64,000 bases of DNA. Source: the human T2T-CHM13v2.0 reference genome, Homo sapiens. This document shows, piece by piece, positions 40,616 through 52,030 of this stretch. Position 1 is the first letter of the stretch, and every line of letters begins with the position of its first letter. The notes under the pieces were generated by a model that worked only from the letters and a program-made list of their open reading frames with translations, had not been told where the DNA came from and searched no databases. The DNA lies in assembly GCA_009914755.4 (NCBI GenBank), contig CP086569.2, positions 12,960,001 to 13,024,000 on the forward strand. The letters run 5' to 3'. The translations under genes were made by a program, and so were the position numbers.

Positions 40616-41340
40616 AACAGAGAAGTCCATCATGGTGTGTTTGCAAGCCCTTTGCTTTTCTACCTGCCCTGTCTGTCTTTAATGAAATAACTCTTTTGGT
40701 CAGGATCTGAGCCATGAGTATGCTGCAGTTAGCTAAACCAAGACTTCCCTTCCACATTGTGCTGGCAGCGATCCCACAGACGACTGTGGGGCCCAAGAAA
40801 GACAGGTGAGTTAATATCACTCTCTATCCTTACCAGGAACCAGGGCCTGATACAGGCATCAGCTCTGGAGGTTCAGGCAGAATACTTTGCCAAGAGAAAT
40901 CACACCTAGAATTTGGCCTGGAAAACCTCTATACTTGTTTCTGACTCTTTGAATGTTATCATGAAAATATTTTCTAGCCATATTCCAACAATAGAATATT
41001 ATCCAGCCTTAAAAAAGAAAGAAGCTTTGACACACACTGCAGTGTGGATGAACCTTGAAAACACTAAGCTCAGTGAAAGAAACTCTTCACCAAGGACCAC
41101 ATATGGTATGATTCCATTGATAGGAAATGTTCAGAATAAGCAAATCCATAGACAGAAAGCAGATTAGTAGTTGCCAAGGGATGTGGGATCAGGAGTAATT
41201 GGAGAAATTGCAAGGATAGCTAAAGAGTGTGGAATTTCTTGTTGAATTGATGAGAATGTTCTAAAGTTGATTGTGGTGATTGCTGCACAGCTATGAACGT
41301 CCTAAAAATGATTGCTTTGTATACTTTAAATGGGAGAACT

Positions 41341-41600
41341 GGGCCGGATGTGGTAGCTCACACCTGTAATCCCCGTACTTTGGGAGGCTGAGGTGGGAGG
41401 ATCACCTGAGCCCAGGAGTTTAAGGCCAGCCGGGGCAATATAGCAAGACCCAAAAACAACAAAATTAGGCAAGCATGCTGGCACATGCTGGTAGTTCCAG
41501 CTTCTTGGTAGGCTGAGGTGGGGGGATCACTTCAGTCCAGGATGTTGAGGCTGCAGTGAGCCATAATCGTGCCACTGCCCTCTAGCCTGGATGACAGAGT
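41341..41600 (+). mobile_element. Alu SINE lacking its terminal ~15 bp and poly(A)
   Basis: 'gggccggatgtggtagctcacacctgtaatccccgtactttgggaggctgaggtgggaggatcacctgagcccaggagtttaaggcc...ccactgccctctagcctggatgacagagtaag', then fused directly to L1 sequence. Confidence 0.85.
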
Positions 41601-41840
41601 AAGAACACATGGACATAGGAAGGGGAACATCACACACCGAAGCCTGTTGTGGTGTGGGGAGAGGGGGGAGGGATAGCATTAGGAGATATATCTAATGTTA
41701 AATGACAAGTTAATGGGTGCAGCACACCAGCATGGCACATGTATACATAGGTAACAAACCTGCACATTGTGCACATGTACCCTAAAACTTAAAGTATAAT
41801 AAAAAATAAAAATAAAAAATAAAATAAAATAAAAATAAGA
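41601..41840 (+). mobile_element. Short (~240 bp) LINE-1 3'-end fragment
   Basis: 'aacacatggacataggaaggggaacatcacacaccgaagcctgttgtggtgtggggagaggggggagggatagcattaggagatatatctaatgttaaatgacaagttaatgggtgcagcacaccagcatggcacatgtatacataggtaacaaacctgcacattgtgcacatgtaccctaaaacttaaagtataataaaaaataaaaataaaa'. Confidence 0.9.
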
Positions 41841-42894
41841 AATAAATGGGTGAATTGTGTGGTATGCAAATTATATCCCAAAATAGCTGTTTCAAAAAAA
41901 AACATAATGAGCCTTTCTTCTCCTCTGTCCATACTAGTTACTGAGCCCTATCTGTCTCTGGACATCAGACGCCACATCTCTCCTCCTAGGTGCTCTCACA
42001 CACTGCAATTTTCTGCCACAAACCACAAAACTGCCTAGGATTGCCAAATGTATGCTCATTTATACATAATTTACACTCCATGTACTTCCACATAGAATCA
42101 AAGGATTTGATGTGGCTTATAATAAAATCACATGAACATACGGTTGCTAAAACTAAGTGTCAAGAAACACCACAAAGCAGGTATGAAAAAAGAGAGACAA
42201 TTTTTTTCTGGAGCCTAAAGAAATTCTCATCATAATCTTCTAAGCCTCCTAAAACTACAAACCTGAAAATCCCCTGGTTCTTCCCATATTATTGAGGTTT
42301 ACAGATGTTTCCTTGAGATATCAAGGACACTGTGCTTCCCATTGCAAAATGTTTAAAATTTCCGCAAAGCTGACCTGTATATTTACATAGTAAAAAATAT
42401 TTAACACCCTTTATGTCCTTCCCTGGAATAAAATCTCACAACTCCCTCTAACTTGTGGAATTAAATGCAAGTTCATGCAAGAAATGAATTCCAAATGAAT
42501 CTTGGAAATTATCAATGATTTAACTTTAATCATTAAAGTTAAAAACTTTTAATATCTTAAAAGTTATTAAACATGCCTTCATGTCGCAGCTGTGAATCTT
42601 CTTGTTACAAAATTATCAATGATTTATAACAATGCATCTTGAAAGTTATTTAATGCATGCCTTCATGTTGCAGCTGAAAAAAAATGATGCCAACAGAAAT
42701 GACTTTCATAAAGACAGATAGCTAACAAAATACAGAGCAGAGATATCAGCCTGGATCTACCACACTTTCACTACATCCTTGTGAGTTATTTCAACTTGAC
42801 ACCAAACATTTTCTAACTTGAGTGAAGACTACATTAGAAATAATGCTTAAAGAGCATTTAAAAGCAAATTCAATTATGTTATTTGTGTCCATTT

Positions 42895-43060
42895 ACGGGG
42901 TACAATGCAATTTTCTTACAGGCATAGATTGCATAGTGGTGAAGTCAAGGCTTTTAGGGCATCCATCATGTGAGTAATGTACTTCGCACCCATTAAGTCA
43001 TTTCTCATGCATCCTATCTTCCCACTCCTTCACCTTTCTCAGCACTTGTCATCATAGCTA
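42895..43060 (-). mobile_element. Older LINE-1 3'-end fragment
   Basis: 'gggtacaatgcaattttcttacaggcatagattgcatagtggtgaagtcaaggcttttagggcatccatcatgtgagtaatgtacttcgcacccattaagtcatttctcatgc'. Confidence 0.7.
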
Positions 43061-43165
43061 ACAATTTAATTTTTGTTTAATGGAGATTGTTTGGTCAGTC
43101 CCAGGCATATAATAAGAAATATTTGTCCTAATTTTGATAATATAAAGCAGTCATGGTTTAAGACC

Positions 43166-43447
43166 TGCTTCTTAGTTTTTTCAGCTACTATAGCAGATTA
43201 TCATAAACTGAGTTGCTTATAAACAGAAATATATTGCTTACAGTTATAGAAGCTGGGAAGTCCAAGATCAAGGTGTGGCAGATTCAGTGTCTGGTGGGGA
43301 CCCACTTCCTGGTTCATAGATGGCACCTTCTTGCTGTGACGTCACATGGTGGAAGGAGTGAGGGAGCTCTCTGGGGTCCCTTTTATAAAGACACTAGTCC
43401 CATTCATGAGGCTACACCACCTTATGAGTCTCAGAGGACTCAACCAT
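43166..43447 (-). mobile_element. MLT1-type MaLR LTR, truncated
   Basis: 'ctgcttcttagttttttcagctactatagcagattatcataaactgagttgcttataaacagaaatatattgcttacagttatagaagctgggaagtccaagatcaaggtgtggcag...cacatggtggaaggagtgagggagctctctggggtcccttttataaagacactagtcccattcatgagg'. Confidence 0.75.
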
Positions 43448-43510
43448 AACACCATACTTGGCCAATAACTTAGACTTATCTTTTGCTGGTGAGGGTACTA
43501 CTTTTGTTTG

Positions 43511-43908
43511 CTACAGTTGCTTCAAAGTTTCACAGACTTGGAGGCTTAAAAATCAGAAATATGTCTTTTTATGTATCTGAAGGCTGGAAATCTGAGATCA
43601 AGGTGTAGGCAGAGCTGGTTGCTCTTGAAACCTCTCACCTCAGCTTGCAGACATAATCTTTTCCATGTGTCTTCACGTGGTTGTCCCTCTATGTGTGCCT
43701 TTGTCATTTCCTTTTCTTATAAGGATACCAGTTCTATTGGATCAGGGCCCACTCTAGTGACCTCATTTTACTCTAAGTACCTCTTGAAAGACCCTGTGTT
43801 CAAATGCAGTCATTTCAGTCATAGCATCTTGAACCGTATCTTTAAATCAGGTCCTGGGGTTTAGGCTTCAATGTATAAATTTAGCAGGGACACAAGTCAG
43901 TCCATAAG
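43511..43908 (-). mobile_element. MLT1-type MaLR solo LTR (different subfamily from its neighbour)
   Basis: 'gctacagttgcttcaaagtttcacagacttggaggcttaaaaatcagaaatatgtctttttatgtatctgaaggctggaaatctgagatcaaggtgtagg...cttataaggataccagttctattggatcagggcccactctagtgacctcattttactctaagtacctcttgaaagaccctgtgttcaaatgcagtcatttcag...ggggtttaggcttcaatgtataaatttagcagggacacaagtcagtccataag'. Confidence 0.8.
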
Positions 43909-44089
43909 TGGTAGGTAGGGAGGTAGAGCAGTGAATGAACAGCGTTTCTACTGGAAATGCCCCAAGAAGAAAGGTGATGTTTGCCATTGTCCTTCTAGGT
44001 CACCTCTCCTAGATTCTAGCACCTTTCTGTGGTCACACCAACTGATGGGCTAGAGAGTCACCAGTTACAAGCTAGATAAATGCTGTACT

Positions 44090-44400
44090 TAGACCAGGTC
44101 TTTATGATACAAAATAATAGACGACTGTGGATGTTTAAATTATTGTGTCCAACCTCTACATGGTCTCCCACAATGAAAGTGATTCTGAGCCCTTTGAAGC
44201 TCCAGAATCCATGGCTAGACCTTCATGTAGGGATTGGTGTCATCCAATCAGATTTAGGAGAAAAGAGTGAGGTCCCTGCAGAAGAGGGACTGCAGCCTCC
44301 AATGCCTTCAGACTCAAGCTGCAACATCAGTCCTTCCCTGGGTCTCCAGCTTGCAGGTGGCTCTCATCCATTCTTTCTGACTGCTGTGTAATATTTCATA
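44090..44400 (+). mobile_element. ERVL (MLT2-like) LTR fragment, tentative
   Basis: '...gggattggtgtcatccaatcagatttaggagaaaagagtgaggtccc...ccttcagactcaagctgcaacatcagtccttccctgggtctccagcttgcaggtggctctcatccattc' resembles the MLT2 mid and 3' regions. Confidence 0.4.
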
Positions 44401-44439
44401 GTGTGAATAGTCAATTGTAGGAATCAGAATTCAAAGATG

Positions 44440-44995
44440 GCTGCCAAGACTTTGGGCCCTGATGAGCACACAGATTGTTCAGTCAAACATGAATCTGGGT
44501 GTTACTGTGATGGGATTTTGCAGACATCGTTAATGTTCCAAATAAGTGGACCCTAAGAAAGGGAGCTTGACCTAATCACATGAGCTATCTAAACCTGGGC
44601 CTAGAGTCAGACACAGGGAAGTCAGACATCCAAAGTAGCAGTGAAATTCCCCTGATGACTTTGCAGATAAAAAAACTGCCATGTTGTGGAAAGGGCCATG
44701 GGGCCACTACCTGTAGAAGCTGAGAATGGCTCTGGCTAACAGCTAGAAACATGTTGGAGACACACTCCTTCAGCCTCTAGGAACTCAATTCTGCCAACAA
44801 CCAGGGAGCTGAGAAGAAGGCACCCAGCTTCAGATGACACTGCAACCCTGACAACACATGATTTCAGCCTGGGGAGACCCTCAGTAGAGAACTCAGCCAG
44901 GACATGTTCAGATATCTAATGTATAGCACTCTGAGATGATAAATGGGGATTGTTTCAAGCCACCAAGTTTATAATTTGTTATGTAGTAGTAAAAA
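44440..44995 (+). mobile_element. MLT1-like MaLR LTR, tentative
   Basis: 'tgtgatgggattttgcagacatcgttaatgttccaaataagtggaccctaagaaagggagcttgacctaatcacatgagc...ggaactcaattctgccaacaaccagggagctgag...ctcagccaggacatgttcagatatctaatgtatagcactctgagatgataaatggggattgtttcaagccaccaagtttataatttgttatgtagtag'. Confidence 0.5.
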
Positions 44996-45002
44996 ATACA
45001 CA

Positions 45003-45575
45003 CAACCAATGTGGTGATTCCTCAAAGATCTGGAACCAGAAATACCATTTGATCCAGCAATATCATTACTGGGTATATACCAAAAGGATCATAAATCATT
45101 CTGTTACAAAGATACATGTGTGCATATTACTATTCACAATAGCAAAGACATGGAATCAATCCAAATGCCCATCAATGATAGACTGAATAAAGAAAACATG
45201 GTACATATAAACCATGGAATACTATGCAGCCATGAAAAGGAATTGTCCTTTGCAGGGACATGGATGGAGCTGGAAGCCATTATCCTCAGCAAATGAATGC
45301 AGGAACAGAAAACCAAACATGGCATGTTCTCACAAGTGGGACAGAAACAATGAGAATGGACACAAGGAGGGGAACAATATATACTGGGAACTATTGGGGG
45401 AGCAGGGGGAGGGAGAGCACCAAGAAAAATAGTTAACACATGCTGGGCTTAATACCTAGGTGTTGGGTTGATAGGTGCGGCAAACCACCATGGCACACAT
45501 TTACCGATGTAACAAACCTGTACATCCTCCACATGTACCCTAGAAATCAAAATTAAAATTAAAATTAAAAAAGAG
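45003..45575 (+). mobile_element. LINE-1 3'-end fragment (ORF2 C-terminus plus 3'UTR)
   Basis: 'caatgtggtgattcctcaaagatctggaaccagaaataccatttgatccagcaatatcattactgggtatataccaaaaggatcataaatcattc...ccatggaatactatgcagccatgaaaagg...' ending in an (AAAATT)n tail. Confidence 0.9.
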
Positions 45576-45867
45576 AAAATGCATAAAAGCATAAAAAAGT
45601 CTACCAGTCTGTCTGCTGGACCTATCTAATAAATCTAGTATTATAAGAAGATCCATAGATTTTTCAAGCCATCTAAGAGTATTTTGTAAATCATGGCTTG
45701 GTGCCCGAGACTATTGTGTTCTTTCAGAAGTTCAGATTTTGGCTTGTTATTTGATTGAGGAAAACTTCTACTATTCACCTGCTTTATATTGTTAATTTAG
45801 ACTTGAGTATCAGTAAAGTATATCAGTTTCTGAAGGGCATGTGGCATGTGAGGAAACTTTTTCTGCA

Positions 45868-45982
45868 GACATGAGATCTCATTACATTGCCTAGGTTGGT
45901 CACGAAATCCTGAGCTCAAGCGATCCTCCCACCTGAGTTTCCCAAAGTGTTGGGATTAGAGGCATGAACCAGTGCACCCAGC
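45868..45982 (-). mobile_element. Alu fragment (free left-monomer / FLAM-like piece)
   Basis: 'gagatctcattacattgcctaggttggtcacgaaatcctgagctcaagcgatcctcccacctgagtttcccaaagtgttgggattagaggcatgaaccagtgcacccagcc'. Confidence 0.75.
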
Positions 45983-46164
45983 CAAGATAACTTTTGAGGT
46001 GACTTATAAGAGGCTGTGGAAGAATTTTATTTTAGAATTGTCTATTTTATTTATTTCTGAATTATCACTATTATTATTATAATCATTATTATTTTGTATT
46101 TGGTAAGGTTATATTTGATTTTGTAAATATGTTTATATTCCATATGTTTTATAAAGGGAAAACT

Positions 46165-46462
46165 GGCTGGGCTCAGTGGCTCAAGCCTGTAATCCCAGAA
46201 CTTTCGGATGTCAAGGCAGGAGGATCACAAGGTCAGGAGATTGAGACCATCCCAGCCAACATGGTGAAACCCCGCCTCTACTAAAAATACAAAAAGAAAT
46301 TAGCTGGGCATCGTGATGGGTGCCTGTAGTCCCAGCTATTCAGGAGGCTGAGGCAGGAGAATGGCGTGAACTTGGGAGGCGGAGCTTGCAGTGAGTTGAG
46401 ATTGCACCACAGCACTCCAGCCTGGGCAACAGACTGAGACTCAGTCTCAAAAAAAAAAAAAA
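46165..46462 (+). mobile_element. Alu SINE
   Basis: 'ggctgggctcagtggctcaagcctgtaatcccagaactttcggatgtcaaggcaggaggatcacaaggtcaggagattgagacc...' plus poly(A). Confidence 0.9.
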
Positions 46463-46512
46463 GAAGAAGTAGAAGGAGAAGGAGAAGGAGAAGATTACAA
46501 GAAAAAAAAAAA
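46462..46512. repeat. (GAA)n/(GGAGAA)n purine microsatellite grown from an Alu tail
   Basis: 'aagaagaagtagaaggagaaggagaaggagaagattacaagaaaaaaaaaa'. Confidence 0.85.
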
Positions 46513-46606
46513 TCAATGCTGCTAAAAGAGAATACATTGATGCTATGATGCTTAATCCTTATTTTTAATAAGTTACTTTTTGAATATTATTGCTGTCGTA
46601 CCTTCA

Positions 46607-46945
<339 letters not shown>

Positions 46946-47290
46946 ATGTAGAAGAACACATAAAGTCAGCAGGGCCAGTTCACATGAAGTAATGCACCAA
47001 CCATTACCACTAAGACATCTCAAGACATAATCATAATATTAGCCAACAAATAGGACTTTTCACTAGTAGGATGCTTTCTTCATTTCTATGTGCAGGGGTA
47101 GAGAACATAGCCTTATGGTGTCTTCTAGTTCTCAAATTTCATCTGCAATTCCATACTTTAGCCAATGGGGAATTGCTAAAACATTTTGGAAATGAGAACT
47201 GGCAAGAGCAAAACAGCAATTTAGGAAGACTGATCTATGAAGATCCCATCAAATAACTTTGTGGATGGAGACAGTGGAGGGCATGGGGTC

Positions 47291-47930
47291 TACATCTGTT
47301 TTGTGTTGCTATAGCAGAATACTCAAGACTTGGGTAATTTATAAAAAACAGAAATTTATTCCTTCAGTTCTGGAAGCAGGAAAGTCAAAGATCAGGGTGA
47401 TGGCATCTTGCAAGGACCTTCTTGTGGCATTCTCCCATGGTGGAAGGGAGAAGAGCAAGAGAGGAACCAAGCTCCCTTTCTCTCATTTATTTTATTAATC
47501 TGCTCATAAAGATGAAGCCCTCATGACTTAAACATCTTCCAAAAGCCCCACCCCCAAGCACTGAAGATTAAGGGGTTTTGTTGTTGTTGTTTTGAGATAC
47601 TGTCTCACTCTGTCACCCAGGCTAGAGTGCAGTGGTGCTATCTCAGCTCACTGCAGCCTCTGACTCCTGGGTCCAAGCTATTCTCCTGCCTCAACCACCT
47701 GAGTAGCTGAGGTTACATGTATGAACCACCATGCCTGTAGTTTTTATATTTTTAGTAGAGATGGGGTTTCACCATGTTGTCCAGGCTGGTCTTGAACTCC
47801 TGACCTCAAGTGATCTGCCTGCCTCAGGCTCCCAAAGTGCTGAGATTACAGGCATGAGCCACTGTGCCCAGCCAGGATAAAGTTTTAACATATACATTTT
47901 GGGAGATACATTCAGACCATGGCACAGGGT
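47291..47930 (-). mobile_element. MLT1-type MaLR solo LTR split by a nested Alu
   Basis: 'ctacatctgttttgtgttgctatagcagaatactcaagacttgggtaatttataaaaaacagaaatttattccttcagttctggaagcaggaaagtcaaagatcaggg...' then the Alu. It resumes '...aggataaagttttaacatatacattttgggagatacattcagaccatggcac'. Confidence 0.75.
47581..47873 (-). mobile_element. Alu SINE nested in the MLT1 LTR
   Basis: 'ttgttgttgttttgagatactgtctcactctgtcacccaggctagagtgcagtggtgctatctcagctcactgcagcc...cccaaagtgctgagattacaggcatgagccactgtgcccagcc'. Confidence 0.9.
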
Positions 47931-48104
47931 AACTTCTTAGAAATTGATCATGTGTGATCTTGACATTTCAAGTGTGGGCATCTGGACATAATTATTAGCA
48001 CTCAAAAATTATAAAGGGGATTGTCTGGTTTAAAGAAGTGTGGTCATCACCATTCATGTTTAGTTGAAGAATATTGAAAATATCAAAAATAATAATACAT
48101 TCTC

Positions 48105-48365
48105 ACTAGGCTCATGTTTATAATCCCAGAACTTTGGTAGGCTGAACCAGGAGGATCATTTGAGACCAGGAATTTGAAGTCTGCCTGGAAAACACAGACA
48201 CCTAGTTTTTTAAAAAAGTTTTTTTAAAAAAAACTTATGAAGGAGTGGTGACATACACCTGTAGTTTTAGCTAGTTGAGAGGCTGAGGCCAGAGGATAGC
48301 TTGAGTTCTGGAGTTCCAGGCTGCACTGAACTATAATTGTGTCACTGCAATCTAGCCTGTTTCAC
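48105..48365 (+). mobile_element. Old Alu (AluJ-like), diverged
   Basis: 'ggctcatgtttataatcccagaactttggtaggctgaaccaggaggatcatttgagaccaggaatttgaagtctgcctggaaaacacag...ggtgacatacacctgtagttttagctagttgagaggctgaggccagaggatagcttgagttctggagttccaggctgcactgaactataattgtgtcactgcaatctagcctg'. Confidence 0.7.
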
Positions 48366-49341
48366 AAGAAAAGAAACCCTAATTTTATCAGCAAGGTCAA
48401 ACAATTTATTTAATTGTGGAAGCATACATAGTAATAATGAAGAAATAATCTAATCAGGACACAGTTTAATCAAACTCCTTAGATGTCTGGCTTCTTTAAA
48501 AAAATAACCTGAAGTGTACCCAAGTTTGATTCTGGAAAATATGATACTTTCTTTTTATAAAAACAGGACTCAGATATCTCTTTATGTCAGAGATGGATGC
48601 CAAATATATCTAGAAAACAATATTTTGATGAGTTAGCTATAAATTTAAAAATAGAAATAAAATCATCTACTTATAACATTTTAAGAAAATCTGAAGAAAA
48701 TAGTTCTTTGCAAAATTTGTTTTGTGTTTGACAGAAGTGAAATGTTTGAATATATTTGGTTCACTCTAATCAGTAAGATTTAACAACTTCTATCATCTAG
48801 TACTATTTTCCAAGAAAAACAAAATAATTTCATATTATCCAGGACAGCATTTTTCTAACATAAAAAGTCATAGGACTGCAGGTTAAAATTAAGCTTTTAC
48901 TTGAAATCTCTTATTCACATTTTTATTTCAGGTGTCTTCTGATATTCGTTTAAAAAATGTAAAGATGACAATGAGCATGAGTTTTTAAAATGCTAGTTAC
49001 AATAGTTGCAATCTTAACAAAATGGTCTGGGTTGGAATTATTTACTTCAGTAGAGACAATGAAATGATACAAGAATAATAGCTGAAGAAGTCTTAGATAT
49101 GGCTTGCTTTTCTATTTGATGTAGATGGAACCTGACCCTCAGAGACGCTCATGTCACCGCAGAGATAAGAAAAAAAAAGAATCACAAGCTTTTTCAATTC
49201 ATGCTACATCACTAAGTCACTCATGAATTACAATAATCCCCTCTTATCTTTAGTGTTACTTTCTGCAGTTTAACTTATCATGGCAGACTGAAGTCTGTAG
49301 ATATTAAATGGAATATTCCAGAAATAAACAATACATTTTAA

Positions 49342-49909
<568 letters not shown>

Positions 49910-50678
49910 TAAACTAGGACCAGATGAATCGAAGGGGTTAAATCTCACTGTTTAGAGTGAACCAAATATACTCAAACACTTCACTTCTGCCAAACATAAA
50001 ACACATTTTGCAAAGAATGATTTCCTTCAGGTTCTCTTAAATTTTGCACTAGGGCCATTTTAGTTCTATGTTCTTACATTTAGAGTTACTCATCAAAATA
50101 TTGTTTTCCAGATATCTTTGATGTCCAAGAGACATTTGGGTTCTGTTTTTACAAAGGAGAACATCCCATTTTCCAGAATTCATGCTACATCACTAAGTCA
50201 TTCATCTCACTTCATCTCATAATGTTCATTCTGTAGGCTTTTATCATTGCATATCATCACCGAAGAAAGGTGAGTAAAATGCAGTAAGAAATTTTGATGG
50301 AAAGAGACCACATTTATACAACTTTTATTATGTCATATTGCTATGATTGTTCTATTATGAGTTCTTGCAATTCATCTCTTAGTGTGCCTAATTTATAAAT
50401 TAAATTTCATCATGAGTTTATTTGTGTAGAAAAAACCTAGTATATGAAGGGTTTGGATACTATCCACACTTTAATGCATTCATTGGGGGTCTTGAAACAT
50501 ATGCCCCTGAAGACAAGAAAGAACTGTAGCACTGAAATACTCAAAAAGGCCAGTCACAGATGCTGAGTTTAACATTCATGTTCTTAGTCATGATATACTT
50601 AGTGAATCAACACTATTTCCATTTCAAATTCTACTGTTGAATTATTTGCCACTTTCGCCATTAAAAGTAATAGCAACA

Positions 50679-50977
50679 GGCCAGGTGCGGTGGCTCATGT
50701 TTCTAATCCCAGCACTTTGGGAGACCAAGACGGGTGGATCATGAGGTCAGGAGATCAAGACCATCCTGGCTACCACAGTGAAACCCTATCTCTACTAAAA
50801 ATACAAAAACTGAGCTGGGGGTGGTGGTGGGCACCTGTAGTCCCAGCTACTCAGGAGGCTGAGGCAGGAGAATGGCATGAACCTGGGAAGTGGAGCTTGC
50901 AGTGAGCCGAGATCACGCCACTGCCCACCAGGCTGGACAACAGAGCAAGACTCCGTCTCAGAGAAAAAAAAAAAAAG
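50679..50977 (+). mobile_element. Alu SINE
   Basis: 'ggccaggtgcggtggctcatgtttctaatcccagcactttgggagaccaagacgggtggatcatgaggtcaggagatcaagacc...' plus poly(A). TSD 'aaaagtaat(a/t)gcaaca'. Confidence 0.95.
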
Positions 50978-51000
50978 TAATTGCAACAACCGCAATGCCT

Positions 51001-51297
51001 TTTTTTTTTCCTTTTTTGAGATGAATTCTCATTCCATTGCCCAGGCTGGAGTGTAGTGACACAATCTCACTCACTGCAACCTCTACCTCCTGGCTTCAAG
51101 CAGTCTTCCAGCCTCAGCCTCCCAAGTAGCTGGGACTACAGACACACGACACCACACCCCAGCTAATTTTTGTATTTTTAGTAGAGACGGGGTTTCCCAT
51201 GATGGCCAGGCTTGTCTCGAACTTCCGAGTTCAGGTAATCCACCCATCTTGGCCTCCCAAAGCACGGGATTACAAGCCTAAGCCACAACTCCTGGCC
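51001..51297 (-). mobile_element. Alu SINE, inverted relative to the previous Alu and only 23 bp away (tail-to-tail)
   Basis: Poly(T) then 'ccttttttgagatgaattctcattccattgcccaggctggagtgtagtgacacaatctcactcactgcaacc...cccaaagcacgggattacaagcctaagccacaactcctggcc'. Confidence 0.9.
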
Positions 51298-51789
51298 AAA
51301 AACTGCAATGATTTTTGCAACAACCTAATAGTTTTTGTTCATCTCAAAACAAACTTCACACAATGGTTATAATTCCTAGATTTCAGTTCACTGTCTTCCT
51401 CAGCTTCCTCCCTTAGAACTCTATGGTTTTTAACCTAAATGTACTGCAGAAACCTAAGAGCTACAGAGAAAATAGCACTACATATTCTTTCAACAGCTCT
51501 TCTGGGCTTCCAATGAATAATGACTTTATACCAAAAAAATCATCTGAGTTTTTATGAAAAAGTTGGAAGGAAATGGAGAATGAGAAGATTGGTGACTTTT
51601 CATTTAAAATTTATTTCCTTGGAATGTTATGTGTTGCGAGAAATCTCAAATCCTGTTTTTTCAAGTGAAAAAAAGGGAGATAAGAGAAGTGGGGTGAAAA
51701 AAGACTTTAGAGAAGATAGAATCAGTGTCAGCCATATCTTCTTCCCCAGTGGAGAAGAAATCATCTCTTTTAAAATCCATGTGCTATAA

Positions 51790-52030
51790 TGAGAACACAG
51801 GCCAGATTTTGTGTAGCAACACATTTTCTGGCCACATCAATTCCACTTTTGAGACTTTGGGACTTGGGCTGAGCCACTATTGTCTTCCTACTTCCTCAAC
51901 TTGCAGATGGCCTATTGTGGAACCTCACCTTGTGATCGTGTGAGCCAATGCTCCTTCATAAACTCTCTTTTATATACACATAGATCCTATTAGGTTTGTC
52001 CCACTGGAGAACACTGACTAATACACAAAC
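51790..52030 (+). mobile_element. MLT2-like ERVL LTR, 3' half only
   Basis: '...cttcctacttcctcaacttgcagatggcctattgtggaacctcaccttgtgatcgtgtgagccaatgctccttcataaactctcttttatatacacatagatcctattaggtttgtcccactggagaacactgactaatacac'. Confidence 0.65.
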
